From positions 2,976,001 through 3,040,000 of the forward strand of contig OY821641.1 of assembly GCA_963555995.3 (NCBI GenBank): a stretch of DNA of 64,000 nt. Reading direction: 5' to 3'. Under the pieces are notes generated by a model that was not told where the DNA came from, made no database searches, and worked only from the letters and a program-made list of their open reading frames with translations. The position numbers and the translations under genes are program-made. The DNA is from Vicinamibacteria bacterium. GTDB lineage: Bacteria; Acidobacteriota; Vicinamibacteria; Marinacidobacterales; Marinacidobacteraceae. Shown in pieces: positions 29,081-40,253 of this stretch. The first letter of the stretch is position 1, and every line of letters starts with the position of its first letter.

Positions 29081-30415
29081 TTGGCTGAGGGACTGCGGCG
29101 GGAGTTGCGTCTGGGTGACGCGCTCTTCGTCAACATCGGGACGATCCTCGCTTCGGCAGCCTTCGTGGTCCCGGCGTACGTGATCGTCGCCACCGGGTCG
29201 GCGGGCGGGGCGGCGCTGATCTGGGTGGGGGCGGGCGCGATCTCGCTCTGCGGGGCCTTCGCCATCGCCGAGCTGGCGGCGCTCTACCCGCACGCCGGCG
29301 GCGAGTACGTCTATCTGGAGCGCGCCTACCACCCGCTGGTGGGGTTCCTCTACGGCTGGAGCCTCTTCGCGGTCATCCAGACCGCCTCCATCGCCGCCGT
29401 CGCGGTCATCTTCGTCGAGTACGCGGCCGCGTTCGTGCCGCTCGGCCCGGTCGCCGCCAAGGCGGCGGTGGTGATCCTGATCCTGGGCCTCTCGCTCTGG
29501 AACTGCCGGAGCGTGCGCTCCTCCGCCCGGACCCAGAACCTGACCACCATCGCCAAGCTGGTGATGGCGGGGGCCATCGTGGTGCTCTGCTTCGCGCTCG
29601 GGGACCAGTCGGCGGGAACCATCGCCGCGTCCCGGCTCCCGGTCGAGGGTTCGGCGGCGGCGCGCTGGGGCGCCGCGATGGTGGCGGCGCTCTGGGCCTA
29701 CGACGGCTGGATCAGCATCACCTTCGTGGGCGGCGAGGTGAAGAGCCCCCAGCGCTTCCTGCCGCGCGCCATCTCGGTGAGCCTGCTGATCCTGATCGGC
29801 ATCTACCTGCTGCTCCACTTCGCCTACCTGAAGGCGCTGCCCCTCGGCAGCTTCGCCGGCACCGAGACGGTCGCCGCCGACGCCGCCGGGCGGGCCGGGG
29901 GTCCGCTCGGCAGCCAGCTCGTCTCGCTCGCGGTGATGGTGTCCTGCTTCGCCGCCACCAACGGCTTCATCTTCACGAGCGCCCGGGTGTACTACGCGAT
30001 GGCGCGGGACGGCGCGTTCCTCCGCTCCTTCGCCCAACTCAACAAGGGCGCCGTCCCCACGAACGCGACGATCGCCCAGGGGCTCTGGGCCGCCGGCATC
30101 GCGCTCACGGGCAGCTACGACCAGCTCTTCACCTACGTCGTGGTGGTGTCCTGGCTCTTCTACGGCCTCGGGAGCGCCGCCGTCTTCGTGCTGCGCTGGA
30201 AGCAGCCGGATCTGGAACGGCCCTACCGCGCCTTCGGCTACCCGCTGCTTCCCGCGATCTTCACGATCTTCTCCGCCGTGTTGCTGGTGAACACCCTGAT
30301 CACCGACCCGCGCGACGCGCTGATCGGCCTCGGCATCACCGCGGCGGGCATTCCCCTGTACCTTTATTTCCGCAGAGCGAACGCGGCGCGCCCGACGGCG
30401 GGCGACGCCGCATAG
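29081..30415 (+). CDS. APC-family amino acid permease
   Basis: AELAALYPHAGGEYVYL, WAYDGW, GEVKSPQR and RPYR motifs. TTG start after GGAG. Confidence 0.9.
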   Translation: MAEGLRRELRLGDALFVNIGTILASAAFVVPAYVIVATGSAGGAALIWVGAGAISLCGAFAIAELAALYPHAGGEYVYLERAYHPLVGFLYGWSLFAVIQTASIAAVAVIFVEYAAAFVPLGPVAAKAAVVILILGLSLWNCRSVRSSARTQNLTTIAKLVMAGAIVVLCFALGDQSAGTIAASRLPVEGSAAARWGAAMVAALWAYDGWISITFVGGEVKSPQRFLPRAISVSLLILIGIYLLLHFAYLKALPLGSFAGTETVAADAAGRAGGPLGSQLVSLAVMVSCFAATNGFIFTSARVYYAMARDGAFLRSFAQLNKGAVPTNATIAQGLWAAGIALTGSYDQLFTYVVVVSWLFYGLGSAAVFVLRWKQPDLERPYRAFGYPLLPAIFTIFSAVLLVNTLITDPRDALIGLGITAAGIPLYLYFRRANAARPTAGDAA

Positions 30416-30442
30416 CCCCGGCCCCCCACGGAGGACAACCCC

Positions 30443-33400
30443 ATGCGTCTTCAGATCAGCCTTCTCCTGAGCTTCGCCCTCGGCCTCCCCGCCGCGGCGC
30501 TCGCCCAGCCGGCGCCCGACGAACTCGGCGGACTCAAGTTCCGGCATATCGGACCGGTCGGGAACCGCACCCTCGCGGTCGTCGGCGTCCCGGGCGACCG
30601 GAACGTCTATTACGCCGGGGCCGCCACCGGCGGGATCTGGAAGACGGAGGACGCCGGCCTGAAATGGCGGCCGGTCTTCGACGACCAGGACGTCCACGCC
30701 ATCGGGGCGCTCGCGGTCGCCGAGTCCGACCCGAACATCGTCTGGGCCGGAACCGGCGAGACCTTCATCCGGGCGAACGTCTCCATCGGCATCGGGGTCT
30801 TCAAGTCCACCGACGCCGGCGAGACCTGGCAGCACATGGGCCTCGACGCGACGGCGCGCATCGGCCGCATCATCATCCACCCCACGAACCCGGACATCGT
30901 CTATGCGGCGTCCCTCGGCCACGCCTACGCGCCACAGCCGGAACGCGGGGTCTATCGCACCATGGACGGTGGGGAAACCTGGGAAAAGGTGCTCTTCGTG
31001 GACGAGGAGACCGGGGCCTCCGACATGGTCATGGACCCGAACAATCCCCGCATCCTGTTCGCCGGGATGTGGCAGCTCGCGCTCCGGACCTGGGGCCGGA
31101 TGAGCGGCGGGCCGGGCAGCGGGCTCTGGATGACCCGCGACGGCGGCGACACCTGGACCGAGCTCGAGGGCAACGGCCTGCCGATGTCCGACGTCGGGAA
31201 GATCGCGCTCTGCATGAGCAAGTCGGACTCCCGCCGGGTGTACGCGCTCATCGAGACCAGCGACGGCGTGCCCTACTTCGGCGTGGACTCGGCGGACTGG
31301 AGCACCGGCGAGGTCGAGAGCGGCGAACTCTGGGCGTCGAGCGACGGCGGGAAGACCTGGACGATCCAGACGCACAACCGCAACCTCTCCGGACGAAACG
31401 CCTACTACGCCCGCTGCGCGGCGGCGCCCGACGACCGCGACGAGGCCTATTTCCTGACCGCGTCGTTCGCTTCGACGCTGGATGCCGGGGTGACGCACCG
31501 GGTGCACGGCTTCAACGACGCCCCCGGCTGGGACCACCACGACATGTGGATTGACCACACGGACGCCGACCGGATGGCCGTCGCGCACGACGGCGGCGTC
31601 TCGATCTCGGAGAACCGGGGCAAGTCCTGGTTCAAGATCCAGCTCCCGCTCGCCCAGATGTACCACGTGACCGTGGACGACGCGATCCCCTACAACGTGC
31701 TCGGCAACCGGCAGGACGGACCCTCGACGCGGGGACCGAGCCGGGCGTTCACCGGCGGGTTCTTCAGTGCCGGCATTCCCCGCGGGATGTGGCACGGGGT
31801 CGGCGGCGGCGAGAGCGGCTTCGCCACCCCGGACCCGGTGGACCCGAACATCGTCTGGTCGAGCGCGTCCGGCTTCGGCGCGGCCGGCGGGATCGTGGTC
31901 CGCTACAACGAGACCAACCGCCAGTTCCGCCAGGTCGAGGTCTGGCCCGAGAGCACCGTGGGCTGGCCGGCGGAGACGCTCCGCTACCGGTTCCAGTGGG
32001 TGTTCCCGCTGACGATCTCGCCGCACGACCGGAACACGGTCTACGTCGGCAGCCAGCACGTCCACCGGACCACGAACGGCGGCCAGAGCTGGGAGGAGAT
32101 CAGCCCCGACCTGACCTCCAACAACAAGGACCGGCAGACGGTCTCCGGAGGACTGACCCCGGACAACATCGGCGTCGAGTACTGCTGCGTGGTGTACGCG
32201 GTGGACGAGAGCCCGGTCGAGGCGGGGGTGATCTACGCCGGCACCAACGACGGCCTGATGCACGTGACCCGCGACGGCGGGGCGAACTGGACCGACGTCA
32301 CCGCCAACATCCCCGGCATGCCCGAGGAAGGGGTGGTCCGGAACGTGGACGCCTCGAAGTGGGAGGCCGGGAAGGCGTACATGACCGTCGAGGCGCACCA
32401 GGTGGGCAACTTCGCGCCCTACGTGTACAAGACCGAGGACTTCGGCGCGTCGTGGGAGCGGATCGTGAACGGGGTCAAGGACAGCCCGCTCAGCTACACC
32501 CGGAACGTCCGCGAGGACCCGGCGCGGCCCGGGCTGCTCTACCTCGGCACCGAGAACTTCCTCTACGTGAGCTTCGACGACGGCGCCAACTGGCAGCGGC
32601 TCGCGAACGGACTGCCGCCGAGCCCCATGTACTGGATCACCGTGCAGGAGCGGTTCAAGGACCTCGTGGTCGGCACCTACGGGCGCGGGTTCTGGATCAT
32701 GGACGACATCTCGCCGCTCCAGCAGTGGACCGACGAGGTGGAGGCCGCGAGCGTGCACCTCTTCGAGCCGCGGTCGGTGTACCGGTTCCACCCGATCACG
32801 GCGCCCTTCTCCCAGTTCGACGACTGGTCGGCCGGGGAGAACCCGCCCTACGGCGCCCCGATCAGCTATTGGCTCGACGACGAGACCGAAGGCGTCAAGG
32901 TGGTCGTCACGAACGCCGCCGGCGAGACGGTCCGCACGATGGACGGCAGCGGAGACGCCGGACTCAACCGGGTCTGGTGGAACCTCCGCGAGGACCAGTC
33001 CACGGAGATGCGGCTGCGCACGCCTCCCACCGGCGCGGACTGGGTCGAGCTGGACGAGGACCGGTCACGGTCGGCGCCGGGAGGCGCCCGCGTCGCGGTC
33101 CTCGCCCCGCCGGGCACCTACCAGGTCGAATTGCAGGTCGGCGACGAGACGCGCGAGGCGAGCCTCGAGGTCCTGAAGGACCCGCACAGCGAGGGCACGC
33201 TGGAGGACATCGCCGCCCAGACGGCGCTGGTCCGCGAGCTCCGCGACGACATGGAAACGGTGGCCGGCATGGTCAACGAGATCGAGTGGCTGCGGCGGCA
33301 ACTGCTCGACGTGAAGTCGCTGGCGGAAGAGACGAACCAGGTCGAGGCGATCGCCTCGGCGGTGGACGGGCTCGAGGGCTCACTGATCGCGGTCGAGGAA

Positions 33401-33688
33401 CGGCTCATCCCGATGGCCGTCACCGGCACCGGACAGGACCAGATCCGCTGGCCCAACATGCTCGCGGGCCGCATCGGCTACCTCGCGGGCGCGGTCCAGA
33501 GCGCGGACTTCCCGCCGACCGACCAGATGCGCGAGGTGCACGGCATCCTGCGGGAGCGGCTCGCGGTCCAGCAGGCGGAACTCCAGCGGATCCTCGATAG
33601 CGAACTGCCCGAGGCGAACCGGATGCTCGAGGGCGAGGGCGTCCCGGGCGTGGTCCGGGTCCCGCCGGGGGACACGGGGAACCGATAA
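30443..33688 (+). CDS. Secreted VPS10/BNR (Asp-box) beta-propeller protein, putative glycosyl hydrolase, copy 1
   Basis: Signal peptide, FRHIGP, many S/T-x-D-x-G-x-T-W Asp boxes, GTYGRGFWIMDD. Confidence 0.88.
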   Translation: MRLQISLLLSFALGLPAAALAQPAPDELGGLKFRHIGPVGNRTLAVVGVPGDRNVYYAGAATGGIWKTEDAGLKWRPVFDDQDVHAIGALAVAESDPNIVWAGTGETFIRANVSIGIGVFKSTDAGETWQHMGLDATARIGRIIIHPTNPDIVYAASLGHAYAPQPERGVYRTMDGGETWEKVLFVDEETGASDMVMDPNNPRILFAGMWQLALRTWGRMSGGPGSGLWMTRDGGDTWTELEGNGLPMSDVGKIALCMSKSDSRRVYALIETSDGVPYFGVDSADWSTGEVESGELWASSDGGKTWTIQTHNRNLSGRNAYYARCAAAPDDRDEAYFLTASFASTLDAGVTHRVHGFNDAPGWDHHDMWIDHTDADRMAVAHDGGVSISENRGKSWFKIQLPLAQMYHVTVDDAIPYNVLGNRQDGPSTRGPSRAFTGGFFSAGIPRGMWHGVGGGESGFATPDPVDPNIVWSSASGFGAAGGIVVRYNETNRQFRQVEVWPESTVGWPAETLRYRFQWVFPLTISPHDRNTVYVGSQHVHRTTNGGQSWEEISPDLTSNNKDRQTVSGGLTPDNIGVEYCCVVYAVDESPVEAGVIYAGTNDGLMHVTRDGGANWTDVTANIPGMPEEGVVRNVDASKWEAGKAYMTVEAHQVGNFAPYVYKTEDFGASWERIVNGVKDSPLSYTRNVREDPARPGLLYLGTENFLYVSFDDGANWQRLANGLPPSPMYWITVQERFKDLVVGTYGRGFWIMDDISPLQQWTDEVEAASVHLFEPRSVYRFHPITAPFSQFDDWSAGENPPYGAPISYWLDDETEGVKVVVTNAAGETVRTMDGSGDAGLNRVWWNLREDQSTEMRLRTPPTGADWVELDEDRSRSAPGGARVAVLAPPGTYQVELQVGDETREASLEVLKDPHSEGTLEDIAAQTALVRELRDDMETVAGMVNEIEWLRRQLLDVKSLAEETNQVEAIASAVDGLEGSLIAVEERLIPMAVTGTGQDQIRWPNMLAGRIGYLAGAVQSADFPPTDQMREVHGILRERLAVQQAELQRILDSELPEANRMLEGEGVPGVVRVPPGDTGNR

Positions 33689-33859
33689 CCGCCGGTGGAA
33701 CACATCACGCGGCCCGGTTGCGGTGAACATGCGGTTCCGGCGAGATGCTGACGGCGTCTAGCCGGAGCTGCATTCTCACGGCGACTGGGTCCGTCGGGCG
33801 CCCCGGGGGCTCGGCGTTCACGTGATCTTCACCACCGGCTGCCGGCGGAGGACGCCGGA

Positions 33860-36298
33860 TTGACGGGGAGTGCGGGCCGGCCGCGCCTCGTGGGACTGGT
33901 GGGAACGATCAAGGGACGGGCGTTCCCCATGGACCGCCCATCCCTGACGCTCGGTCGCGACCCGGAGTGCGAGATCGTCCTCGAGCACGCCTTCCTCTCC
34001 CGGCGACACGCAGCCTTCGAACGGGACAGCGCGGGCCGCGTCGTGGTCCGTGACCTCGGGTCCACCCAGGGGACCTGGGTTCATGGGTCGCGCATCGAAG
34101 AGAGTCCCCTGCGCCACGGCGACGTCGTCGGTTTCGGCCCCGAGGGGATCGTCAGGTTCCGGTTCGAGGTCGCGGCGGCTCGTCCGCGCCCGCCGTCCGA
34201 CCGCCCGTCCCAACCGTCCGTCCTGACGATCGGCCGGGCGCCCGACAACGACGTCGTGCTCGACGCTCCCGGCGTTTCGCGGCGCCACGCCCGCATTGAC
34301 TACGCGACCGGGGAGCCGCGTCTTTCGGACGCCGGGAGCCTGAACGGCACCTTCGTGAACGGCGAGCCCGTCCGGGGAGCCACTCCGCTGGCCCCGACGG
34401 ACCTCGTCTTCCTCGGCGGGTGCCTGCTCCGGGTGGACGGCCGCGAGGTATCGAGCCGCGATCTCGGCGGCAGCCGCCTGACCGCTTCCGGCCTGACGAA
34501 GTCCTACGGCGAAAAGACGGTGCTCCACGACGTGTCCTTCGCCATTCTTCCGAGGGAGTTCGTCGGCCTGATGGGACCTTCCGGCTGCGGCAAGTCCACG
34601 CTGATGGACGCCCTCAACGGGCTTCGTCCGGCCACCCGCGGCGCGGTGTTCATTGACGAGCTCGACCTCTACGGGAACTTCGACGCGGTGCGGCGTTCCA
34701 TGGGCTACGTGCCCCAGCAGGACATCCTCCACGACGCGTTGACCGTCGAGCGGACGCTCCACTACGTCGCGCGGCTCCGCCTGCCCGAACACACCTCCCG
34801 GAGGGACGCCCAGGAGACCATTGACGAGGTGATCCAGGCGGTGGGACTGGCGGAACATCGCGAGACCACCTTCAAGCAGCTCTCGGGAGGCCAGCGCAAG
34901 CGGCTCAGCCTGGCGATGGAACTCCTGACCAAACCGAAGTTCCTGTTCCTTGACGAACCGACGTCACCGCTCGATCCGGAGACCTCCGAGAACCTGATGG
35001 TGCTGTTCCGGCAACTGGCCGACGAGGGCCGCATCCTCGTGATGGTCACGCACAAGTTCGAGAAGTTCGAGCTGATGCACCAGATCCTCCTGCTGACCCG
35101 GGGCGGACATCTCGCATACTTCGGCCCGCCGAAGGACGCGCTCCGGTACTTCGACTGCGAGAAACCGAGCGGGCTCTACCGCCAGGTCGGCGCGCGGGAA
35201 CCGGCCGAGGTGAGTCAGGCGTTCCGGGCGTCGGGCGACTTCCGCAACCACGTCACGGCCCGCGTCCATGCGGGAGCGGCGGTCGGCGCGACGGGCGACC
35301 GCGGGACCGCGGCGGCCGCCCCGGCGCGTTCCTCCGGGTTCCGGCAGTGGCGAATCCTCACCGAGCGCTACCTCGAGACCAAGCTCAAGGACAAGCGCAA
35401 CACGCTGCTGCTGATCGGCCAGGCACCGGTCATCGCGTTCGTCCTGTCGCTGATCGCGAGCGGCACGGTCAGCGACGCGAAGACCCTCTTCATCGCCGCG
35501 ATCATCGCCGTCTGGTTCGGAGGGAACAGCGCGATCCGCGAGATCGTCGCGGAGCAGCCGATCTACCGGCGGGAACGGCTGGTCAACCTGAAGATCCCGG
35601 CGTACTTGGGCTCGAAGTTCGCGGTCCTGGGAGGCATCACGGTCGTGCAGTGCCTGCTCTTCGTCGGAACGCTCGTCGGCTTCGAAAGGCTGGCGTCGGA
35701 GGATGCGGTCGCCGTGGCCGCCACCCTCTGCCTGACCGCGTTCGGGGGCGTCGGCCTGGGCCTGCTCTGCTCCGCGGCGGTCAATTCGTCGGAGAAGGCC
35801 ATGAGCGTGCTGCCGCTCATCCTCATTCCCCAACTGCTCCTCAGCGGCTTCATGAAACCGCTCGACGATTTCTACGTGAACCCCCTCGACCAGACCCCGG
35901 CGACGGAGGAGCAGTACCTCGAATACAAGCGGCTGACGTCGCCGGAGGCGTCCGCCGAGCCGCCGCCCCCCGGGGTCCCGCCGGGCGCCGCCGGCGAGCC
36001 GGTCACGATGATGGAAGGGCTCGGCAACGTGAGACTCGCGAGCGTCATGATTCTCGCCCGGTGGTCGGTGGACGCGCTGGTGCATTCCGTGAGCGCCGCG
36101 AACCCGGAGACGCGCGACCGGCTGGCGAGCCGGTTCTACGTCGCCGCGTACGAGGAGGTCTGGGACGGCGGGTCGGCGGCCGCGGTCGAGGAGGCGTTCC
36201 GGCGTCACCTGTACCTGAACTGGTTCGTGCTGCTCCTGACCACCGGGGCGTATCTCTGGCTGGCGGGCAGGGCGCTGCGGTCCAGGGACAGCCTCTGA
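33860..36298 (+). CDS. FHA-FHA-ABC ATPase-ABC2 permease fusion (Rv1747-like architecture)
   Basis: Two FHA domains (GR..SRRHA..DLGSTQGT; GR..SRRHA..SLNGT), GPSGCGKST, LSGGQRKR, C-terminal TM domain. Confidence 0.9.
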   Translation: MTGSAGRPRLVGLVGTIKGRAFPMDRPSLTLGRDPECEIVLEHAFLSRRHAAFERDSAGRVVVRDLGSTQGTWVHGSRIEESPLRHGDVVGFGPEGIVRFRFEVAAARPRPPSDRPSQPSVLTIGRAPDNDVVLDAPGVSRRHARIDYATGEPRLSDAGSLNGTFVNGEPVRGATPLAPTDLVFLGGCLLRVDGREVSSRDLGGSRLTASGLTKSYGEKTVLHDVSFAILPREFVGLMGPSGCGKSTLMDALNGLRPATRGAVFIDELDLYGNFDAVRRSMGYVPQQDILHDALTVERTLHYVARLRLPEHTSRRDAQETIDEVIQAVGLAEHRETTFKQLSGGQRKRLSLAMELLTKPKFLFLDEPTSPLDPETSENLMVLFRQLADEGRILVMVTHKFEKFELMHQILLLTRGGHLAYFGPPKDALRYFDCEKPSGLYRQVGAREPAEVSQAFRASGDFRNHVTARVHAGAAVGATGDRGTAAAAPARSSGFRQWRILTERYLETKLKDKRNTLLLIGQAPVIAFVLSLIASGTVSDAKTLFIAAIIAVWFGGNSAIREIVAEQPIYRRERLVNLKIPAYLGSKFAVLGGITVVQCLLFVGTLVGFERLASEDAVAVAATLCLTAFGGVGLGLLCSAAVNSSEKAMSVLPLILIPQLLLSGFMKPLDDFYVNPLDQTPATEEQYLEYKRLTSPEASAEPPPPGVPPGAAGEPVTMMEGLGNVRLASVMILARWSVDALVHSVSAANPETRDRLASRFYVAAYEEVWDGGSAAAVEEAFRRHLYLNWFVLLLTTGAYLWLAGRALRSRDSL

Positions 36299-36385
36299 CG
36301 GACGTGGGACTCCAGTCCACGCGATCGTCGCCACGACGACCGGCGGCGGTGGCGGGGTGCTGATAGTTTTTCCTGGAGGCTGACG

Positions 36386-38818
36386 ATGGTCTGCAGGAAT
36401 TGCGGTCGGCGAGTGGGAGGTGGCGCAGGGCCCTGCGTGTGGTGCGGAGCCGAGAGCGGCGCCGGCGGCCCACCGGACGGCAAACACGACGCCCGCATCG
36501 GCACCACCCTGGAGGGCAAGTACCGGCTCGACGCCCGGATCGGCGCCGGCGGCATGGGCGCCGTCTATCGCGCGACGAGGGTCACGATCGGAGATCGGGT
36601 CGCCGTGAAGATCCTGCACGCGGACCGGCTCCGGGACCCCGAGGCCCCGGAGAGGTTCCGGCGTGAGGCGCGGGCGGCAGCCAGGCTCAAACATGAGAAC
36701 GTCGTGACGATCCACGACTTGGGCGTGACAAACGACGGCACGCCCTACCTGGTGATGGAGCTCGTCGAAGGCGACTCCCTGCGGCATCTGATCGAGCGGG
36801 ATGGCCCGCTCCCGCCGTCGCTCGCGGCGGAGATCCTCGCGCAGGTCTGCTCCGCACTCGACGAGGCGCACGCTCAGGGGATCGTGCACCGGGACATCAA
36901 GCCCGACAACATCCTCGTGACGCGGCGACCGGCGGGGCTGCATGTGGAGGTGCTCGACTTCGGCATCGCACGGGTGGGCTACATGGCGCCGGCGGGGGAC
37001 CTGACGCAAGTGGGCCGGGTCCTCGGCACGCCGCACTACATGTCGCCGGAACAGTGTCTCGGAGAGGAACTCGACGGGAGGTCGGACCTCTACAGCATGG
37101 GTGTCGTTCTCTACGAGATGCTGTCGGGGACCGTGCCGTTCGATGCGACGACGGCGATGGGCATCGTGGTGCAGCACGTGAACGACGCGCCGCCCCCGCT
37201 GCATGAGCGGAAGCCGGACGTTCCGCCGGCGGTCGAGGCGGTCGTGGACGGGGCGCTCCGGAAACGGCGCGAGGACCGGCCGGCGAGCGCCGGTGCGCTG
37301 GCGACGCAACTGACGCGCGCCGTAGCGGACGCAGCCGGGACGCGGCCGCCGGCATCCGCCGGCGCGGGTACTCGACGGCCGACCGGCGGTCCGGCGCCCA
37401 CGGTGCAGATGGGGGCGGCGGGAACCGGGGGCCCCGGGGGAACCGGCGCGGCCGGCGGTGGCCGCCGGCGGCGGAGGGTCGGATTCTGGACGGGAGTGGC
37501 CGCCGCGGCGGCGGTGGCGACGACGGTGCTCGTGCTCGACGAGGGGTGGTTGCCGTGGCGCAGGGACACGGGACAGCCGAAACCCGCAACGGCCGGCGCC
37601 GATGCGTCTCCGGTCAAGCCGGAGGTTCCGGCGAGCGCGCCGGAAGCAAGCGTTGCGGCGGACGCGGCCGCACCCCGGATGGAGGAAGGAACTGCATCGC
37701 GGACGCCGGAGCCGGAACGACCGCCGGGCCGGGCGCCGGCCAGCGCCGTTCCTCCCGCCGCCCCGGCCCCGGCGCCCGCCGCCGCGAATCCGCCGGCCCG
37801 CAGGCCGGCGTCGGCGTCGGCGCGCGTGGGCAGCCTGACGATTCGGGCGCTGCCGGGGAGCGCCGTGCAACTGGACGGCGTGGACACCGGAACGACGGAC
37901 GACTCGGGCATCCTCGGCGTGACCGGGATTCCGGCCGGCCGGCACCTGCTGATGGCGCGGAAGGAGGGCTACGCCGACGCGCAGGCCATCGTGAGCGTGG
38001 TCGCGGACCAGTCGGACGTGGTGGAACTGTCGCTGGTCGCGTTGCCGGGGGCGCTCACGGTCACCGCCAACACGCCGGACGTGACGGTGCAGATCGAGGG
38101 CGTCGGTGAATACCGCCTGCCGGTGACGGGACTGGAGGTCCCCGCCGGACTGCAGCGGGTGGCGGCGAGCAAGCCGGGGTTCCTGCCCGTGGAGGACGCC
38201 GTCGAAGTCCGGAGCGGGAAGGCGGCGACGCTGGAACTCGTGCTGGAACGCGTTCCCCCGGAGGTGGCCCTGCAGGAGGCCCAGGGTCTCTTCAACGTGC
38301 GGCAGTATCGGGACGCGGCCCGCGCCGCCGAGGCGGTCGTGACCGAATACGGCGATTCCGGCGAGGCGTATCTCCTGCTCGGAAAGTCAATGCACGAACT
38401 GGGAAGATTCGACGACAGCGCGAACTTCCTGGGACGGGCCATCGAGCTCGGTCAGGCGGTCGAACTGCCCGCAAAGCACCGCCATGGCGGGTTGGGGCTT
38501 CGAGACGGTTTCTGCGAAGGCGTGATCGCCGTGAGCCGGAGCGTGGTCACCTTCCGGTCAGCGGCGGGACTCGACCACAGCTTCGTCACCACCCCGGACC
38601 GGATCCGCGCGGTAAGCCTCCGGGATGACCGGATCGCCATGAGGATCGCGGTCCTCGAAGCCAACCGGGAGCGGGAGCGCAACTTCGACTTCATCCATCC
38701 GGACACGGTGCAACGGGCGGCGGACGACCGGGGGTTGCTGACCGAGCTCTCCTGCCGGCGCTGCGATGCGTCGTTGACGGTGCTCCTCGCGCTGCTGCAA
38801 GAGGCCCGCGGGTTCTGA
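36386..38818 (+). CDS. Hanks-type Ser/Thr kinase: Zn ribbon, kinase, TM, Pro linker, two PEGA, TPR-like, C-terminal CxxC domain
   Basis: GAGGMGAVY, VAVK, HRDIKPDN, DFG, GTPHYMSPE; PEGA-like GRH...RKEGY. Confidence 0.93.
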   Translation: MVCRNCGRRVGGGAGPCVWCGAESGAGGPPDGKHDARIGTTLEGKYRLDARIGAGGMGAVYRATRVTIGDRVAVKILHADRLRDPEAPERFRREARAAARLKHENVVTIHDLGVTNDGTPYLVMELVEGDSLRHLIERDGPLPPSLAAEILAQVCSALDEAHAQGIVHRDIKPDNILVTRRPAGLHVEVLDFGIARVGYMAPAGDLTQVGRVLGTPHYMSPEQCLGEELDGRSDLYSMGVVLYEMLSGTVPFDATTAMGIVVQHVNDAPPPLHERKPDVPPAVEAVVDGALRKRREDRPASAGALATQLTRAVADAAGTRPPASAGAGTRRPTGGPAPTVQMGAAGTGGPGGTGAAGGGRRRRRVGFWTGVAAAAAVATTVLVLDEGWLPWRRDTGQPKPATAGADASPVKPEVPASAPEASVAADAAAPRMEEGTASRTPEPERPPGRAPASAVPPAAPAPAPAAANPPARRPASASARVGSLTIRALPGSAVQLDGVDTGTTDDSGILGVTGIPAGRHLLMARKEGYADAQAIVSVVADQSDVVELSLVALPGALTVTANTPDVTVQIEGVGEYRLPVTGLEVPAGLQRVAASKPGFLPVEDAVEVRSGKAATLELVLERVPPEVALQEAQGLFNVRQYRDAARAAEAVVTEYGDSGEAYLLLGKSMHELGRFDDSANFLGRAIELGQAVELPAKHRHGGLGLRDGFCEGVIAVSRSVVTFRSAAGLDHSFVTTPDRIRAVSLRDDRIAMRIAVLEANRERERNFDFIHPDTVQRAADDRGLLTELSCRRCDASLTVLLALLQEARGF

Positions 38819-38881
38819 CGAGCACGGACGCCGGCGTCGCGGACGGCGTGGTGGACGACGCTCCGTCCTGAGTGACCCTAG

Positions 38882-39060
38882 CAGCCTGTGGATAAAGTGA
38901 CGTGAGCACCGAGAAGGCCGAGGCGCCCGGCTGACAAGGCGCGTGAGGGAGGAATACCGAGTGTATTCCGACCGAAACGCAACGCAGAGCGCCTCGTAGA
39001 GGCGCGGTTCAGGCGGGATGCTTCGGCGTCCGAATGCCGCGTGACTTTGTCCACAGGCTG
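38882..39060. mobile_element. 179-bp MITE copy 1 (IS5-like, CTAG flanks)
   Basis: Terminal inverted repeats CAGCCTGTGG...CCACAGGCTG with CTAG on both sides. Confidence 0.85.
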
Positions 39061-39083
39061 CTAGCCCTCGGGCTGACTCGCTG

Positions 39084-39659
39084 CTACCAGGAGCCGAACG
39101 ACGGGCCGAGACCGCCGAAAAACCCGGACAAGCCCAGAACGATCGCGGGCACCACCGCCGCGATCAGCACGATCAGCACCGCCTTGTCCGTCGTGCAACC
39201 GGACATGTCCTTGATGGCGAATACGTGCAGAACCAAACAGTAAATGCCCCCGACGAAGCCGCCCAGCAACGGCACGATCCCGAAGACCAGGGGTGCGGCA
39301 GCGAACATCTGTGCCCGAACCCAATCCGGGTAGGACGGCAGGCCGTAGGCATCCGCTTCACCGAGGGCTCGCCCTGTCAGGAACCTGCAGACGCACGCGT
39401 GAAAGACCACCGACACCAGCCCAACCAACGGATATCTCACACGGAACGTTGCGACCAGGGTGCCGAGGCTGCCTGCCAGCGCGAACCCGATCAGAAACAC
39501 GAGCAAACTCTGCCGGGTCTCGGGAAAGTCCGCGATCGCGCGGAAGCTCCCAGGCTTGAGAGACATGACTGCCGTGACCCGCTCCAGCAATTTGCTACCG
39601 GGAGGAGCCGCCGGGATCTCTGTCGTGGGAGGATCCGGAAAGGGATTGCCAGTCGTCAT
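39084..39659 (-). CDS. YIP1-like membrane protein
   Basis: 191 aa with about five TM segments and a P..F..I N-terminal pattern. Family call is by resemblance only. Confidence 0.6.
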   Translation of the reverse strand: MTTGNPFPDPPTTEIPAAPPGSKLLERVTAVMSLKPGSFRAIADFPETRQSLLVFLIGFALAGSLGTLVATFRVRYPLVGLVSVVFHACVCRFLTGRALGEADAYGLPSYPDWVRAQMFAAAPLVFGIVPLLGGFVGGIYCLVLHVFAIKDMSGCTTDKAVLIVLIAAVVPAIVLGLSGFFGGLGPSFGSW

Positions 39660-39757
39660 CAGTGACTACGGTAATGTTTGCCAGGCTCTCTTGCAAACAG
39701 TTTTGCTGTCCTCTGCCATACGGCGGATTTGAAAGAGCCATCGCTCCCTCACACTAG

Positions 39758-39936
39758 CAGCCTGTGGTGAAACCCCCGTGAGCGCCGAGAGCGGCGAGGC
39801 GCCTCGCTGACAAGGCGCGTGAGGGAGGAATACCGGGTGTATTCCGACCGAAACGCAACGCAGAGCGCCTCGCAGAGGCGTGGTTCAGCGAGGATGCGTC
39901 GCCGCTCGAACGCCGCGAGGGTTTTGCCACAGGCTG
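39758..39936. mobile_element. 179-bp MITE copy 2 (CTAG flanks)
   Basis: Same TIRs, same length and same internal GGAATAC/GTATTCC hairpin as copy 1. Confidence 0.85.
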
Positions 39937-40074
39937 CTAGGATCTGCCCCCCGCTCCGAAGAACTGCCACCCGTCACTCGGGTTCACCACTGCGGCCGCT
40001 GAGGCATGCATCGCGCGTGCTTTCGCTGTCTCCGTCCCGTGGGAGGACCAACCCGCGGTCTCCGAGGGATTTAA

Positions 40075-40253
40075 CAGCCTGTGGTGAAACCCCCGTGAGC
40101 GCCGAGAGCGGTGAAGCGCCCCGCTGACAAGGCGCGTGAGGGAGGAATACCGAGTGTATTCCGACCGAAACGCAACGCCGAGCGCCGCACAGCGGCGCGG
40201 TTCAGCGGGGATGCATCAATGCTTGAACGCCACGGGGGTTTTGCCACAGGCTG
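40075..40253. mobile_element. 179-bp MITE copy 3 (TTAA flanks)
   Basis: Same TIRs and length; TTAA on both sides. Confidence 0.85.

Noticed and set aside
28325-32791. 1488-aa minus-strand ORF, and similar long ORFs at 4003-6978, 34964-37945, 46751-50494 and 57155-59617
   Set aside because: Antisense shadows of real genes in high-GC DNA. Only the last 155 codons of the first ORF (tadA) are real.
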